Shown: positions 41,101 through 54,899 of the stretch, piece after piece
Numbering within the stretch: position 1 is the first letter of the stretch
Layout: the number at the start of each line of letters is the position of its first letter
Origin: the human T2T-CHM13v2.0 reference genome, Homo sapiens
Strand: one strand, 5' to 3'
Assembly (NCBI RefSeq): GCF_009914755.1
Contig: NC_060931.1
Length of the DNA stretch: 64,000 bases
The notes under the pieces: model-generated
The model's input: the letters and a program-made list of their open reading frames with translations, nothing else
Databases searched by the model: none
What the model was told of the DNA's origin: nothing
Translations under genes and position numbers: made by a program

Positions 41101-42329
41101 ATTACAGTAAGAAATGAAAAGTCAGAGAAACTGAGTAGGTAGCTGTTGTACTGGTCCTGGACAGAATGTTCAAGTGCTGAATTAGTCCAGGTTGGTAAGA
41201 ATGGGGAAGTAGAGAATGGATTCTAGTAATGTTTAGAAGGTAAAATAAACATTTTTGTGTCTAGTTGGAGGAACGAGGAGACAGGAATCTCAAATTTTTG
41301 GCTTGAGGCACTCAGTATAATCTGGCACCATTCACCAATGTAAGAAAGAAAAAAAGCAGAACCACAGAGGAACAGAGGAGTGAAAATGTACAAAGAAAAG
41401 CAAGTCAAAAATTTAGGAGAGAAGTCTGCTTGAAAAGACAGTCTTAGAGCCATTCAACACATACGTATTGTCAACACCATCCCAATAGTGGGGTTCAGGA
41501 ACAGCTAGCAATAAGACAGTGCATTATCTGTATAGACTAAAATGAAATAAGAGGTGCTGTTTTTATTATCAAGTGTCACAATGCTTGTGATAAAATGTTC
41601 CTCCCTGAAAAAAAATCTGTTATTCTAAATTCTAAACAATTGCTGCAGTTGTTACTGAGTTTTAACAATACATTTGCAAGCTTCAGATTAGCACATTTTT
41701 ATTCTTTGTTTCTTCACAAACATTATCTTCTTTATTAATTTGGAGAACTCCTGTTATATATTCAGCCCCTGACATGTGTGAAGTCAACTGCATGATTAGT
41801 TTCAAGAGTAAGTTTATAATAGTTTGAACTCGCTTTGAGAGCAACTCCTATTTCCATCCCCTGTGATACTACATGTTTCTGCATTTAAACAGTAGATTAG
41901 GAAGAAATAATGTTAGCACAGCAAATGGTGAATAAGAAGAAACAGAACTTGGGTTACACCAATTCTGTCATACCATTTGACAACCTGGAATTTTTAATTT
42001 GTGTTTGAATTTAAAACAGTAAAACAGAGCATGAAACTGGTAAGTCCTAATTTTAGTTCATATATGAAATATTTTACTGAACATGAATCATATTTTAAAA
42101 TTTAAATGTATTCTTTATTGTGCATTGCATAAACATTAAAAAGCAAATCAAGAAAATAATGATGACTACTGATGATTTCATGATGATTACTAGAAACAAT
42201 TTTGTTGTGTAGAGGGAGGGAGTGGTAAATAATGATCTGCACTGAATGTCAAATATGCCAGGTGAGCCGCTGCATATTACACACCTCTAGTGTCTGAAGA
42301 GCTGTTCCAGGCCCTGCAGACTTAGCAGC

Positions 42330-42710
42330 AAATAAAGGCACGAGGGTTTAAAGATTGGCATGGAGAAGATGGCCTAGAGAAAGAATGTAGAAAGGAAGCG
42401 AAGATGACCCACTCCAGAGCTGTTAGAAACACAAACTTCCAAGAGGTAGACTGTAGAAGAAGAGGACCCCCCAAAACAAGCAAGAAGCAGATAGAGTGGT
42501 GGGAGGAGAGGTAGGAGAGAGTAGAGTCAGGGACATTAGGGGAGAAGTTATGGGAAAGATGGCTGGTCAACAGCATTCAAGTGACTAAGAAGACAAAAAA
42601 GAAAATGGCTGGAAAGAACACTTTCGGTTGACCATTAGGAAGTGGGGGTGAGTTTCTTTAAAAAGTCTTTGCTCTGAATGGGAGAAGTAAGGGCAGTTCA
42701 AGGCAGGAGA
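42330..42710 (-). mobile_element. L2 fragment
   Basis: Purine-rich L2-like text 'ggtcaacagcattcaagtgact'. Confidence 0.45.
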
Positions 42711-44076
42711 GCACTATCGAATAGAAGGGGTGTTAAATTATCTTTTCTGATTCTACAGTACATGCAGGTTCATTGTTGAAAATGTGGCCAAAGTTGGAAA
42801 TTGAAGGAGCTATGAACTCATGTCCCTTGCCTTAATTAGCCTTTGACTATGAAATAGTTATGTCTTCATCATAAATCCTTAAGCCTCTCCTGTGTGCTAA
42901 CAAAGCCTCAGGCCCACTTCAGAGTGCCCTTATCTTTATTTTGGTCCAGACTATGCGTTTTACTTCTCTCTTACTTCTCCTGCTTCAATTGCCCATGCCT
43001 ATTGGCCGCAGGCTACCTGGAAAGCCATCACTGCCCGTACTTATGAGAACATTGGTATCTGTGCTGTGCATACCGTCCAGAAACGTCAGGGCTCCATCCA
43101 GAGGCAGGCCCTGCTCCAACACTCAGCCAGGTATATGTGGCCAGCTGGGCCTCCAGGGAGCTCAGCCTAGCCCAGAATTGCATTCAGTCTTGGTGAAAAC
43201 CTCTGTTACCCTTTGGCCACCCCCTCTTCTTCTAAAGGGTGCAACAGAACCTGAGGAACTAATAAATATCCCTTTTGTTTTTCTCCTTTCCCCCAAGTTT
43301 CAACCCTTTTCTCTCAAAAGCAATATCCTCTCCCCAAAATGCTACCCTCTCCTCTCTTTTCCATTTAGCCTTTTTCAGATTTTCAATCTCGGATTTTTCC
43401 AAACTTTGCCACTTGAGCACAGTTTTCTCTTTACCCATGCATAATTTAGAAGATTTGCTACAGCTTTTCTTCTTCTTCTTTTTTTTTTTTTCCCAAATAA
43501 AGTGCCTGCCCTTAAAGGTGAATTCAAATGTGAATTCAAATTCAAATTTCCATCCCTTGTTAAACAGAAAGTACTTGAAACTGAAATTACATTTTTTTTT
43601 CTGACTTCTATTCTTCCATTTCATCTTAGGATACATTTTTATTCATGGCTAAAACACCAAGTACTCTACCATGTGTAGAAGCTGTTCTCCAGCAATTTCT
43701 GTAAAATGGAGAAAAAAATAATAGAAGAAAATATAAGTTGGCCTTTAATCTTACCAACATATCATGTAGATTCCCTCTTTGTAAGTCCTAGCGCATATTT
43801 GATGCTAAATAAATATGTTGGCTAAACATAAAAATATATACAGAAATTGGGATCATACTGTGAATGTATATTTTATCCCATTTTCCATAAAATTAGTAAA
43901 ATTTTTCTTGACTTTAACTACTCTTTAATTTTACTTTCATCATTCTATTGTATGATTTTGATTATGTAGCATAAATTATTTAATCACTTTCCTATTGCTT
44001 ACCATTTAGGCATTTTTGTACTGTAATAGATTCCCTAATATAAATATTTGCACGTCTACTAATTTTCTTTGGATTC

Positions 44077-44942
<866 letters not shown>

Positions 44943-45236
44943 GATACATTTCCAAAAGTGGAATTACTGGATTAGAAGCCTTAGGACAGTGCTTGGTGCA
45001 AAGTAAGTATTCAACAAATATTTGAATATTTGAATGCATATTTGAATATGCAATAAATATTGCAATGATTTGAATGGAGGTTTTTTGATAGTTATTTCTG
45101 AATTGTCCTTCAGGATCATTATACATCTGAACATGTCCCTTCAACACTGCCACTGCCTCCCTCTGGACTGAATTTCTCTGTATCATCTCTTGTGTTATCT
45201 TTTAGTCTTTGTTAATTTTATAGTAAAAATTGTGTC

Positions 45237-46330
<1,094 letters not shown>

Positions 46331-46488
46331 TAAATAATAATGAGGCTACCTATATTTCTGTCTCCACATTTGGCCCAATCCTTTTATGAACTGTCTATTC
46401 CTGTGTAGAGATTTGCCAAGTATGTTTACAGATTGGTGAGAAGGGATCACAACACATCTTTACTCCAAGTTCCTGGTCTCTTGGTGTT

Positions 46489-46957
46489 TGTTGTGGGTCT
46501 AATTGTGTCCCCCTCCCTGCAAAAAGATATATTCAAGTCCTAGCCCCTGGGGCCTGTAAATATGACCCTATTTGGAATAAGGCCTTTGCAGATATAGTCA
46601 AATTAAGATGAAGTCACACTGTATGACTGAAACATGACTGGTGTCTTTTTAAGAAGGGAGAAATGTGGACACAGAGATGCACAGGCACACAGAGGGGAAA
46701 ATGCCACATGATGATGGAGGTAGAGATTGGAGTGATGCGTCTACAAGCCAAGGGACACCAAGGATCACCAGCAATCACCAGAAACTAGAAGAGAGACATG
46801 GAACAGCCCCTCCCTCAGAGTCCCCAAAAGGAACCAACCCTGCCAACACTTTGACTTTTTGGGCTTTTGGCCCCCAGAACTGTGGGATCATACATTTCTT
46901 TTGTTGAAGTCACCAGGCGTGTAGTGCTTGTTAAGGCAGCCCTAGGAAACTCCTTAC
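46489..46957 (+). mobile_element. MaLR solo LTR (MLT1B/C-like)
   Basis: 'aattgtgtcccc...tatttggaataaggcctttgcagat...ggaaccaaccctgccaacac...gcagccctaggaaact'. Confidence 0.88.
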
Positions 46958-47403
46958 TTGGCTAAGAATTTAGAGCTTACCATAGGTGGCTGCAGGGAGA
47001 GGAGGCCTATTAAGCATCCTTTGTCTTGTTTCTCTTGACATTTATTCTCTGAGGGGCATGTTACTGTTGGTGACACTGTTGAGCACATTGTGGCCTAAAT
47101 CCTTACCTAGGGGTGGGGTGGGAATGCAGTCATTGCCCAAGAGTTCCTGAGCAATAACTCTCCCTTCACTTCCCCAATTCTCTGGAAAACCTATCTCTCT
47201 ATGATGCCCTTTGCCCATTTTTTCCAAGTAAGATTTTTTACTGTTTCTTATTGATTTGTAGTAAGTCTTTATATATTAAGGAAATCAACTTTTCATTTGA
47301 ATTCCTTGTTGTAAATATTTTTGTTGTTTGCTTTTTCCCTTTTCATTTTGTTTATTATGTTTTAGGAAGTACACAAGCTTTTGATATTTGTCTGTTTAAA
47401 TCT

Positions 47404-47521
47404 GCATCTATGTATCTACGTGCATCTATCGATCGATCTATCATCTATCTATTGATCGATCGATTGATCGATCTACCTACCTACCTGTCTGTCTGTCTAT
47501 CTACCTACCTACCTACCTACT
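47404..47521. repeat. Compound tetranucleotide microsatellite (ATCT/ATCG/CTAC/CTGT)
   Basis: Seen directly. Confidence 0.85.
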
Positions 47522-50500
47522 GCTATCATTTCTAGGTCTTTAAAATTTCAATTGTTTATGCCAGGAAAATCTTCATGTGTTCAGAGAGGGAAAATGTTCA
47601 TGTGCATTATCTTTAAAAAAATTGATACATAATGTTTGTACAAATTTATGGGGTGCCTGTGATAGTTTGTTACATGCATAAGATGTCTAATGATCAAGGC
47701 AGAGTATTTAGGATATCCATCACCTAAAGCATTTATTATTTTTATGTATCGAGAACATTTCAAGACCTCTCTTCTAGCTATTTTGAAATATATAATACAT
47801 TGTTTTGAACTATCATTAACCCACTCAACTATTGAACATTAGACCTTATTTCTTCTATATAACTCTATGTTTATACCCATTAACCAAAACTCTCTTCATT
47901 CCCCTTCTCAACCCTTCCCAGCCTCTAATAACACTCTACTTTCAACCTCCTTGATACTAATTTTTAAGCTCCAACATATAAGTGAGAACTTACAATATTT
48001 GTCTTTCTGTGCCTGGTCTATTTCACTTAACATTATTGACCTTCAGTTTCATCCATGTTGGTGCAAATGAAAGGAATTTTTTATGGCTGAGTAGTATTCC
48101 ATTGTGTATATATGCTACATTTTCTTTATCCATTCATCCATTGATGGACTCTTGGGTTGATTTCATATTTTTGCTATTGTGAATAGTGCTGCAATAAATG
48201 TGGGGATGCAATTATCTTTTTGATATACTGATTTTTTAAAAATAGATATCCAATAGAGGAATTGCTAGATTGTATAGTACTTCTACTTTCAGTTTTTTGA
48301 TAAATCTCCATACTGTTTTTCAAAATGACTGTACCAATTTGCATTCCCTCCAACAATGTTCCTTTTCTCTGCATCCTCACCAGTATCTGCTATTTTTTGT
48401 CTTTTTGATAATAGCCACGCTAACTGAGGTAAGATGATATCTCATTGTGGTTCTGATTTGCATTTCCCTGGTGATTAATGGTGTTGAACATTTTTTACAT
48501 AGCTGTTGGCTATTTGTATGTCTTCTTTTGAGAAATGTGTATTCAGAAACTTTGCCTACTTTTTAATGGGATTATTTGTTTTTTGGCTGTTACTTGAGTT
48601 CCTTGTATATTCTGAATATTAGTCCCTTATCTGATGAAATGTTTGCAAATATTCTCTCCCATTGAACAGGTTGTCTTTTCACTCTGTTGATTTTTTCCTT
48701 TGCTGTGCAGAAGTAAGCTTTTTAGTTTACTATAGTTCCATTTGTCTATTTATGTTTTTGTTGCCTGTGCTTTTGCAGTCTTAGCCATAAAATATTTGCT
48801 TAGGCCAATGACCTGGAGTGTTTCTCCTGTGTTTCTTCAGGTACTTTTATAGTTTTGGGCCTAAACTTGAAGTCTTTAATCCATTTGGAGTTGATTTATG
48901 TTTATGGTGAGAGATAGGGATCTAGTTTCATTCTTCTGCATGTGGATATTCAGTTTTCCCAGCACCATTTATTGAAGAAGATGACCTTTCCCCGGTGTAT
49001 GTTCCTGACTCCTTTGTTGAAAATGAGTTGGCCATAATACATGGATTTATTTCTGGCATCTCGATTCTATTCAATTGGGTTATGCGTGTGTTTTTATACC
49101 AATACCATGCTGTTTTTGTTACTATAGTCTTGTAATATATTTGGAAGTCAGGTATTGTGATGCCCCTAGCTTTATTCTTTTTTTCTCAGGATTGCTTTGG
49201 CTATTCAGGCACTTTTTGGTTCCATAAAAATTTTAGGACTGTTTTTCTCTTTCTGTGAAGAGGAATGCTGCATTGAATTTATAAATTTTTTTGGGAAGTA
49301 TTGCCATTTTAACAATATTAATCCTTTCAACCCACGAGCATGAAATCTCTTTTCATTTTCTGATTGTCCTCTTCAATTTCTTTCATCAATGATTTATAAT
49401 TATCTTTCTATAGAACTTTCACTTCTTTTGTTACATTGATTCCCAGGTATTTAATATTTTTCTAGCTATTGTAAGTAGGATTGCTTTCTTGATTTTTTTA
49501 AATATTGTTTACTATTGGTGTATATAAATAGTACTAATTTTTGTATATTGATTTGTATTGTGCAACTTTACTGAATTTATTTATCAGCTCTAAGGGTTTT
49601 TTTTTGGTGGAGTCTTTCGGGTTTTTTTTAGGTATAAGATCATGTTATCTGCAACCAAGGCTAATTTGATATCTTCCTTTCCATTTTGGGTGACCTTTAT
49701 TTCTTTCTCTTGCTTAATTGCTCTGAGTGGAAGTTCTAGTGCTATGTTGACTATGAGTGGTGAAGTTATGTGTCTTTCTATTGCTTCAGTTCTTAGAGGA
49801 AAGGCTTTTGACTTTTCCCCATTCAGCATAATGTTGGCTGGGGTTTGTGATATACAGACTTATTATTTTGAGATATGTTCCTTCTATGTCTACTTTGTCA
49901 AGAATTTTCAACATGAAGGGATGTTGAATTTTATCAATTTTTTTCTGTGTCTATTGAGATGATCATATGATTTTTTGTGCTTTATTCTATTGATATGATG
50001 TATCACATTTATTGATTTTGTATATGTTGAATCATTCTTGCATCCCTGGTATAAATCCTATTTGATCATGGCATATTATCTTTTTGATGTGCTGTTGGAC
50101 TTAGTTTGCTACTATTATGTTGAAGAGTTTTGCATCTATGTTCATCAGGGATACTGGGCTTAGTTTTCCTTTTTTATTATGTCCTTGTCTGGTTTTGGTA
50201 TCAGCCTGATGTTGGTCTCATAGTGTGATTTAGGGAGAATTCTTCCTCTTGCAAATTTTTGGAAGTTTCAGGAGTTGTATTAGTTCTTCTTTATACATTT
50301 AGTAGAGTTTGGCTATAAATATATCCAGTCCTGGGCTTTTCTTTTTTGGGAAACTTCATTACTTTTTCAGTCTCACTACTCATTACTGGTCTGTTCAGGT
50401 TTTTTATTTCTTTCTGATTCTGTCATGGTAGGTTGTAGGTCTCCAGAAATGTGTCCATTTCCTCTAGCTTTTTCAGTTCAATAGCATATGGTTGTATATA

Positions 50501-50890
50501 ATAGTCTCTGATGATACTTTCACTTCCAGATATAGGAACCCCTTAAACATTTCTTGTAGGTCTGGTCTAGTGTCAATGAATCCCCTTATTTTTTCCTTGT
50601 CTGGAAAAGACTGTATTTCTTTTTCATTTATAAAGGACAACTTTGCGGGTTATAGTATTTTTGGTCAACATTTTTTCTTCTTCCAGTGCTTTGAATATAT
50701 CCTATCCTCCCATTCTCTTGGCCTGTAATGCTTTTGCTAAGAAATTCACTGTAGTCTCATGAGGTTTCTTGTATAGGTGACTAGATGCTTTTCTCTTTGT
50801 TTTTATAATTCTCTTCTTGTCTTTAACTTTTGACAATTTTCCTATAATGTTCCCTGGAGAAACTTTATGTGTTGTATCTACTTGGGAATC

Positions 50891-51399
50891 TGCATTAGGC
50901 CATTCTTGCATTGCCATAAAGAAATACCTGAGACTGGGGAATATATAAGAAAAGATTGGCTCACTGTTCTGCAGGCTGTGCAGGAAGCATAGCTCCAGCA
51001 TCTATTTCTGGGGAGGCCTCAGGGAGCTGCTTTACTCATGGTGAAAGGTAAAGCAGGAGAAGGCAACTCACATGGCTAAAACAGGAGAGAGAGAGAGAAG
51101 GAAGATGAAGAAGAAGAAGAAGAGGAAGAGGAAGAAGAAGAAGAAGAAAAAGAAGAAGAGAGGAGGAGAGGAGGAGAGAAAGAGAGAAAGAGAGAAAGAG
51201 GAGAGATACAGACTTTTTAACAGCCAGGTCTCATGAGAACTCACTCACATTGTGAGGAGAGCACCAAGGGGATGGTGCTAATCCATTCATGAAAAATCCA
51301 CCTCCATGTTCAGTCACCCCCCACTAGGCCCCACCTCTAATACTGGGGTTTACAATTCAACATGAGATGTGGGCAGGCACCCATCTTCAAACTCTATCA
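50891..51399 (-). mobile_element. MaLR solo LTR (MSTA/MSTB-like)
   Basis: 'ccattcttgcattgccataaagaaatacctgagactggg...ttacaattcaacatgagat...tatca'. Confidence 0.88.
51083..51206. repeat. Purine (GAA/GAG/GA)n tract
   Basis: About 120 bp of almost only purines. Confidence 0.9.
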
Positions 51400-53983
51400 G
51401 GATAACTGGGCTTCCTGTATCTGGATGTGTAAATCTCTTGCCAGACTTTAGAAGTTTAAAGCTATTATTTCAATACATAGGTTTTTTTAAAAATGCCTTT
51501 GCTCTTCTCTTCACCTTCTGAAATACCCAAAATTTGTATATTTGGTTGCTTTATGATGTCCCATATGCAATGTTGGCTTTCTTCTTTGTTTTTTTTTTTC
51601 TGATTGGGTTACTTCAGAAACCTATATTCATGTTTCTTCTGCTTGATCTATTGTTTAAGCTGTTGAATGTATTTTTAATTTCATTCATTGAATTATTCAG
51701 TTCCAGGGTTTCTTTTAGGTTCTTTTTTTAAGGTATCTATCTCTGATACATTTCTCATTCGTATCCTGAATTTTTTTCTAATGTTTTTGTGTTTTTTATC
51801 TGTGTTTTTAATATCTCACTGAGCTTCTTTAATATTATTATTTTGAATTCTTTACCAAGCATTTCATAATTTTTTTCCATTGAAATTTTTTGCTAGAAAA
51901 TTATTGTGCTCCTTTGGAGGTGTCATATTCTCTAGATTTTTAAATGTTTCTTCTGTCCTTATTTCAATATGTGCACATCTAGTGTAACAATCATGTCTTC
52001 CAGTTTTTTGAATTGTCTTTTGTAGGGGAAGATTTTTCTTAAAGGTGTATCTATGGTGTTGGTTGTGTAGGGCACATTAGGTGTGATTCTGGATGTGTAC
52101 AGTAGTGTAGTCTCTAAATGATTTATTTGGCTGTAAATAGCATCAGTGGTGTCTGTCATAACCTCAGTGGCTTAGGCTGTGGTTATTAGTGGAGGCTGTG
52201 ATGAAGCTTTGCTGGGGTCAGGGATGCTAAATGAGCCAGTCCTTGGGTCCCAGTTGTGGCATCAGTGGGTGGAGCATGCCTTTCTTTGCTCCTCTGGTCA
52301 ATGAATGCAGGCATGTGGTAGGCTAATTCATGGGCCTCCAGGTAGCTTGCTTGGGTGTGGTTGTGTTAATGGTTGACTGGGTGAGTGAGAGGCTGCCTGG
52401 ACCCCTGGGCAGCATGTATAGGCAATGACGGTAGAAATGGCTAGACAAAACGTAGCCTCCCTGGGCATCACATACTGATGTTAGTGGTGGCAGCAGTGGA
52501 CTGGATGGGCTGGCCTCCAAGCCTTCAGGTGTCGGGTGAGGGTGGGTGCTGATAGTGGTAATGGCAGTAGGTTGGGTGGGCCTGTCCTCAGGCCCCAGGG
52601 AAGAGTGCAGATGCCAGTGGTGGTGAACCAGCAGGGTGATCTCCAGGTTACCAGATGACATACTTTGGCACCAGTGGCAGGTGTTCTGTGTCTGTTGTTA
52701 AGTCTGCTGGTCATATGCCCACGGTAATTGGTGGGGTTAGGGTCGGGGAATCCCCAGGCTTCTGGGCAGTGTGCTTTGCCACTGTGGGTAACAGTGCCAG
52801 ATTGGGTAGGTCTGTCCTTAGGCCCCCCAGTGATGTGCATGGGTGCAGGCTGTGGTGGGCTGGCTTGGGTGATCCCCAGGTCACCAGGAGGCATGCTTGC
52901 GAGATGATGGCAGTGGTGGTAATGAGCAGGGATAACTTGTCTTTAGGGTGTGTGCAAGTGCACTATGGTCTTGATGCTGGTGAGGGCAGGGTTGCTCTCA
53001 GTGGCAGGCGGCTCTCAGGCTCTGGGGAGTGCACACATTTTTTTCTTTTGTCCCAGGGGGAAGCCTTCCAGGTGTGTTGACTGCCTATTCCCTGGACTGT
53101 AGGACATTGTATGAGCTAGAATGCTGGGCATCCTGCCTAACTGCTGGATCCACTGGTGTTGCACCACTGCAGCCCTCTGGGTGGATGCAAGAGGATGTCA
53201 GTAGGGCTCCAGGGATACGGAGATGCAGGGGCTGTCAGGATGCAGTCTGGTGGGATCTGAGCTCTCATAATGGTGCTATGCTGTACTTGCTTGGATCTTG
53301 GGGGATGTATGGGACCCAGAGTGAGCTCCCTCTCTGGAGTAATGCCATCATTTGGACTCTGGGCTGTTCACTCTTCCAGTCTCAGGGATTGCAAGGGTCG
53401 AGGGGCTCTCCCATGGTTAGATTTCAGGAGCCACAGAGAGAATGTGGACTGCTAGGGATCTCTCACTTAAGCTTTCCCCATATTGGAAAGCCTCTCAGAA
53501 CTCCCAGCTAATCCTGAGCTGGCTGCCTTGATTTTCTCTCCTTCCGTGCCTCAGGTGTTTTCTGTCAGTTTTCTGTTGAATTCCGGTGTTCTCTCTCAGA
53601 TTCTCTATTTGAAGTGTGATTATCTACTCACTATTTTGGTTCTATTTTGTGGAGTCGGTGAGTGCCAGATGCCTCTAGTCAGTCATCTTGAAGCTAATCC
53701 TCGTCTATGTATATTTTCTTATAGTTTAAAATATGTTTTAAACATTTTATTTCCTATAAGTATTTAGTCTGGTGGTGTTTTAATTTTTTTTTTTTTTTTA
53801 GCTGAGCCTTCCTTTAAACAAAACTTTACTTGGAAAGCCGAGTGTGTAGAAGTGATACAAGCATAGTTACTTATGCAAAAGTAAAGGGAGAAGCCTAGGA
53901 TCTGGTATTTCTCCTGCAGTGTCTCCAAGGTAATGCTATGGAATAAATAGAACTTGACTGCATGGTATGAAACCACTGCCTAA

Positions 53984-54019
53984 TATAAAAACCACAATTC
54001 TATAAAAACCACAATTCTA
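53984..54019. repeat. 17-bp perfect tandem duplication
   Basis: tataaaaaccacaattc twice. Confidence 0.95.
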
Positions 54020-54132
54020 ATCTAATTAATACTTACAGATAGAATATATGATGTGAAATAAGGATTGACTTTGTCTTTTCACTCCATGAGTGTTCAGCTA
54101 TTAGAGTTTACTTCCTTTATGTGTTCCCTCAG

Positions 54133-54438
<306 letters not shown>

Positions 54439-54899
54439 CCCTCATTTTTCCATTTGAGGGAATTGCATTAGAGTAATGCTCCCTGCCCCTAAACCTTATT
54501 CACTTCTCCAGGGGCTGAGGAAAGGTGGACGAATCTGAAAGGTAGTTAGGAGAGAAGCTGAACATGCTGGCTTTTTCCTCTCACTCATTTCCTATCTACT
54601 GAAGATCTACATTCTGATCTACTCTCTGCAAATGCCACCAGGAAGATGGTCATACAGGAGTTCCCTGTATTTTTTCAGGTTTGTATGTAAGAAAGTTTAA
54701 TTGTGGGGAGAATTTTGGGGATGCTCATTTGGACCACATATCAAAGCCACATTCTTGAATCCATCTTTTATCAGTAACAAAAGTACTCAAAAGATATTTT
54801 GATAGTCATCTCTCAGCTTCTTGGGTATTCCCATCTGGTTTGCTATTCAGATGGACATAAGAGAGCTATTATTATTAGCCCTTAAAGTTCCAACTCATT

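Larger units (their letters stand above)
47614..53706 (-). mobile_element. Near full-length L1MA-type element with an internal deletion and a nested MST LTR
   Basis: 3' UTR at 47.6-48.0 kb, ORF2 RT-region remnants (ORF 49590-49829: LNGEKSKAFPLRT...PLIVNIALE), ORF1 remnants at 50.5-52.1 kb, GC-richer 5' UTR ending in (- strand) 'caagatgactgactaga'. Confidence 0.88.

Noticed and set aside
52150-53700. GC-richer region with long ORFs, as a promoter, CpG island or gene
   Set aside because: It is CpG-depleted and is explained as the decayed L1 5' UTR; the ORFs reflect its GC content.
54660-54692. Possible 8-nt microexon or recursive splice site (ttttttcag|gtttgtat|gtaaga)
   Set aside because: Not frame-preserving, and unsupported without RNA data.
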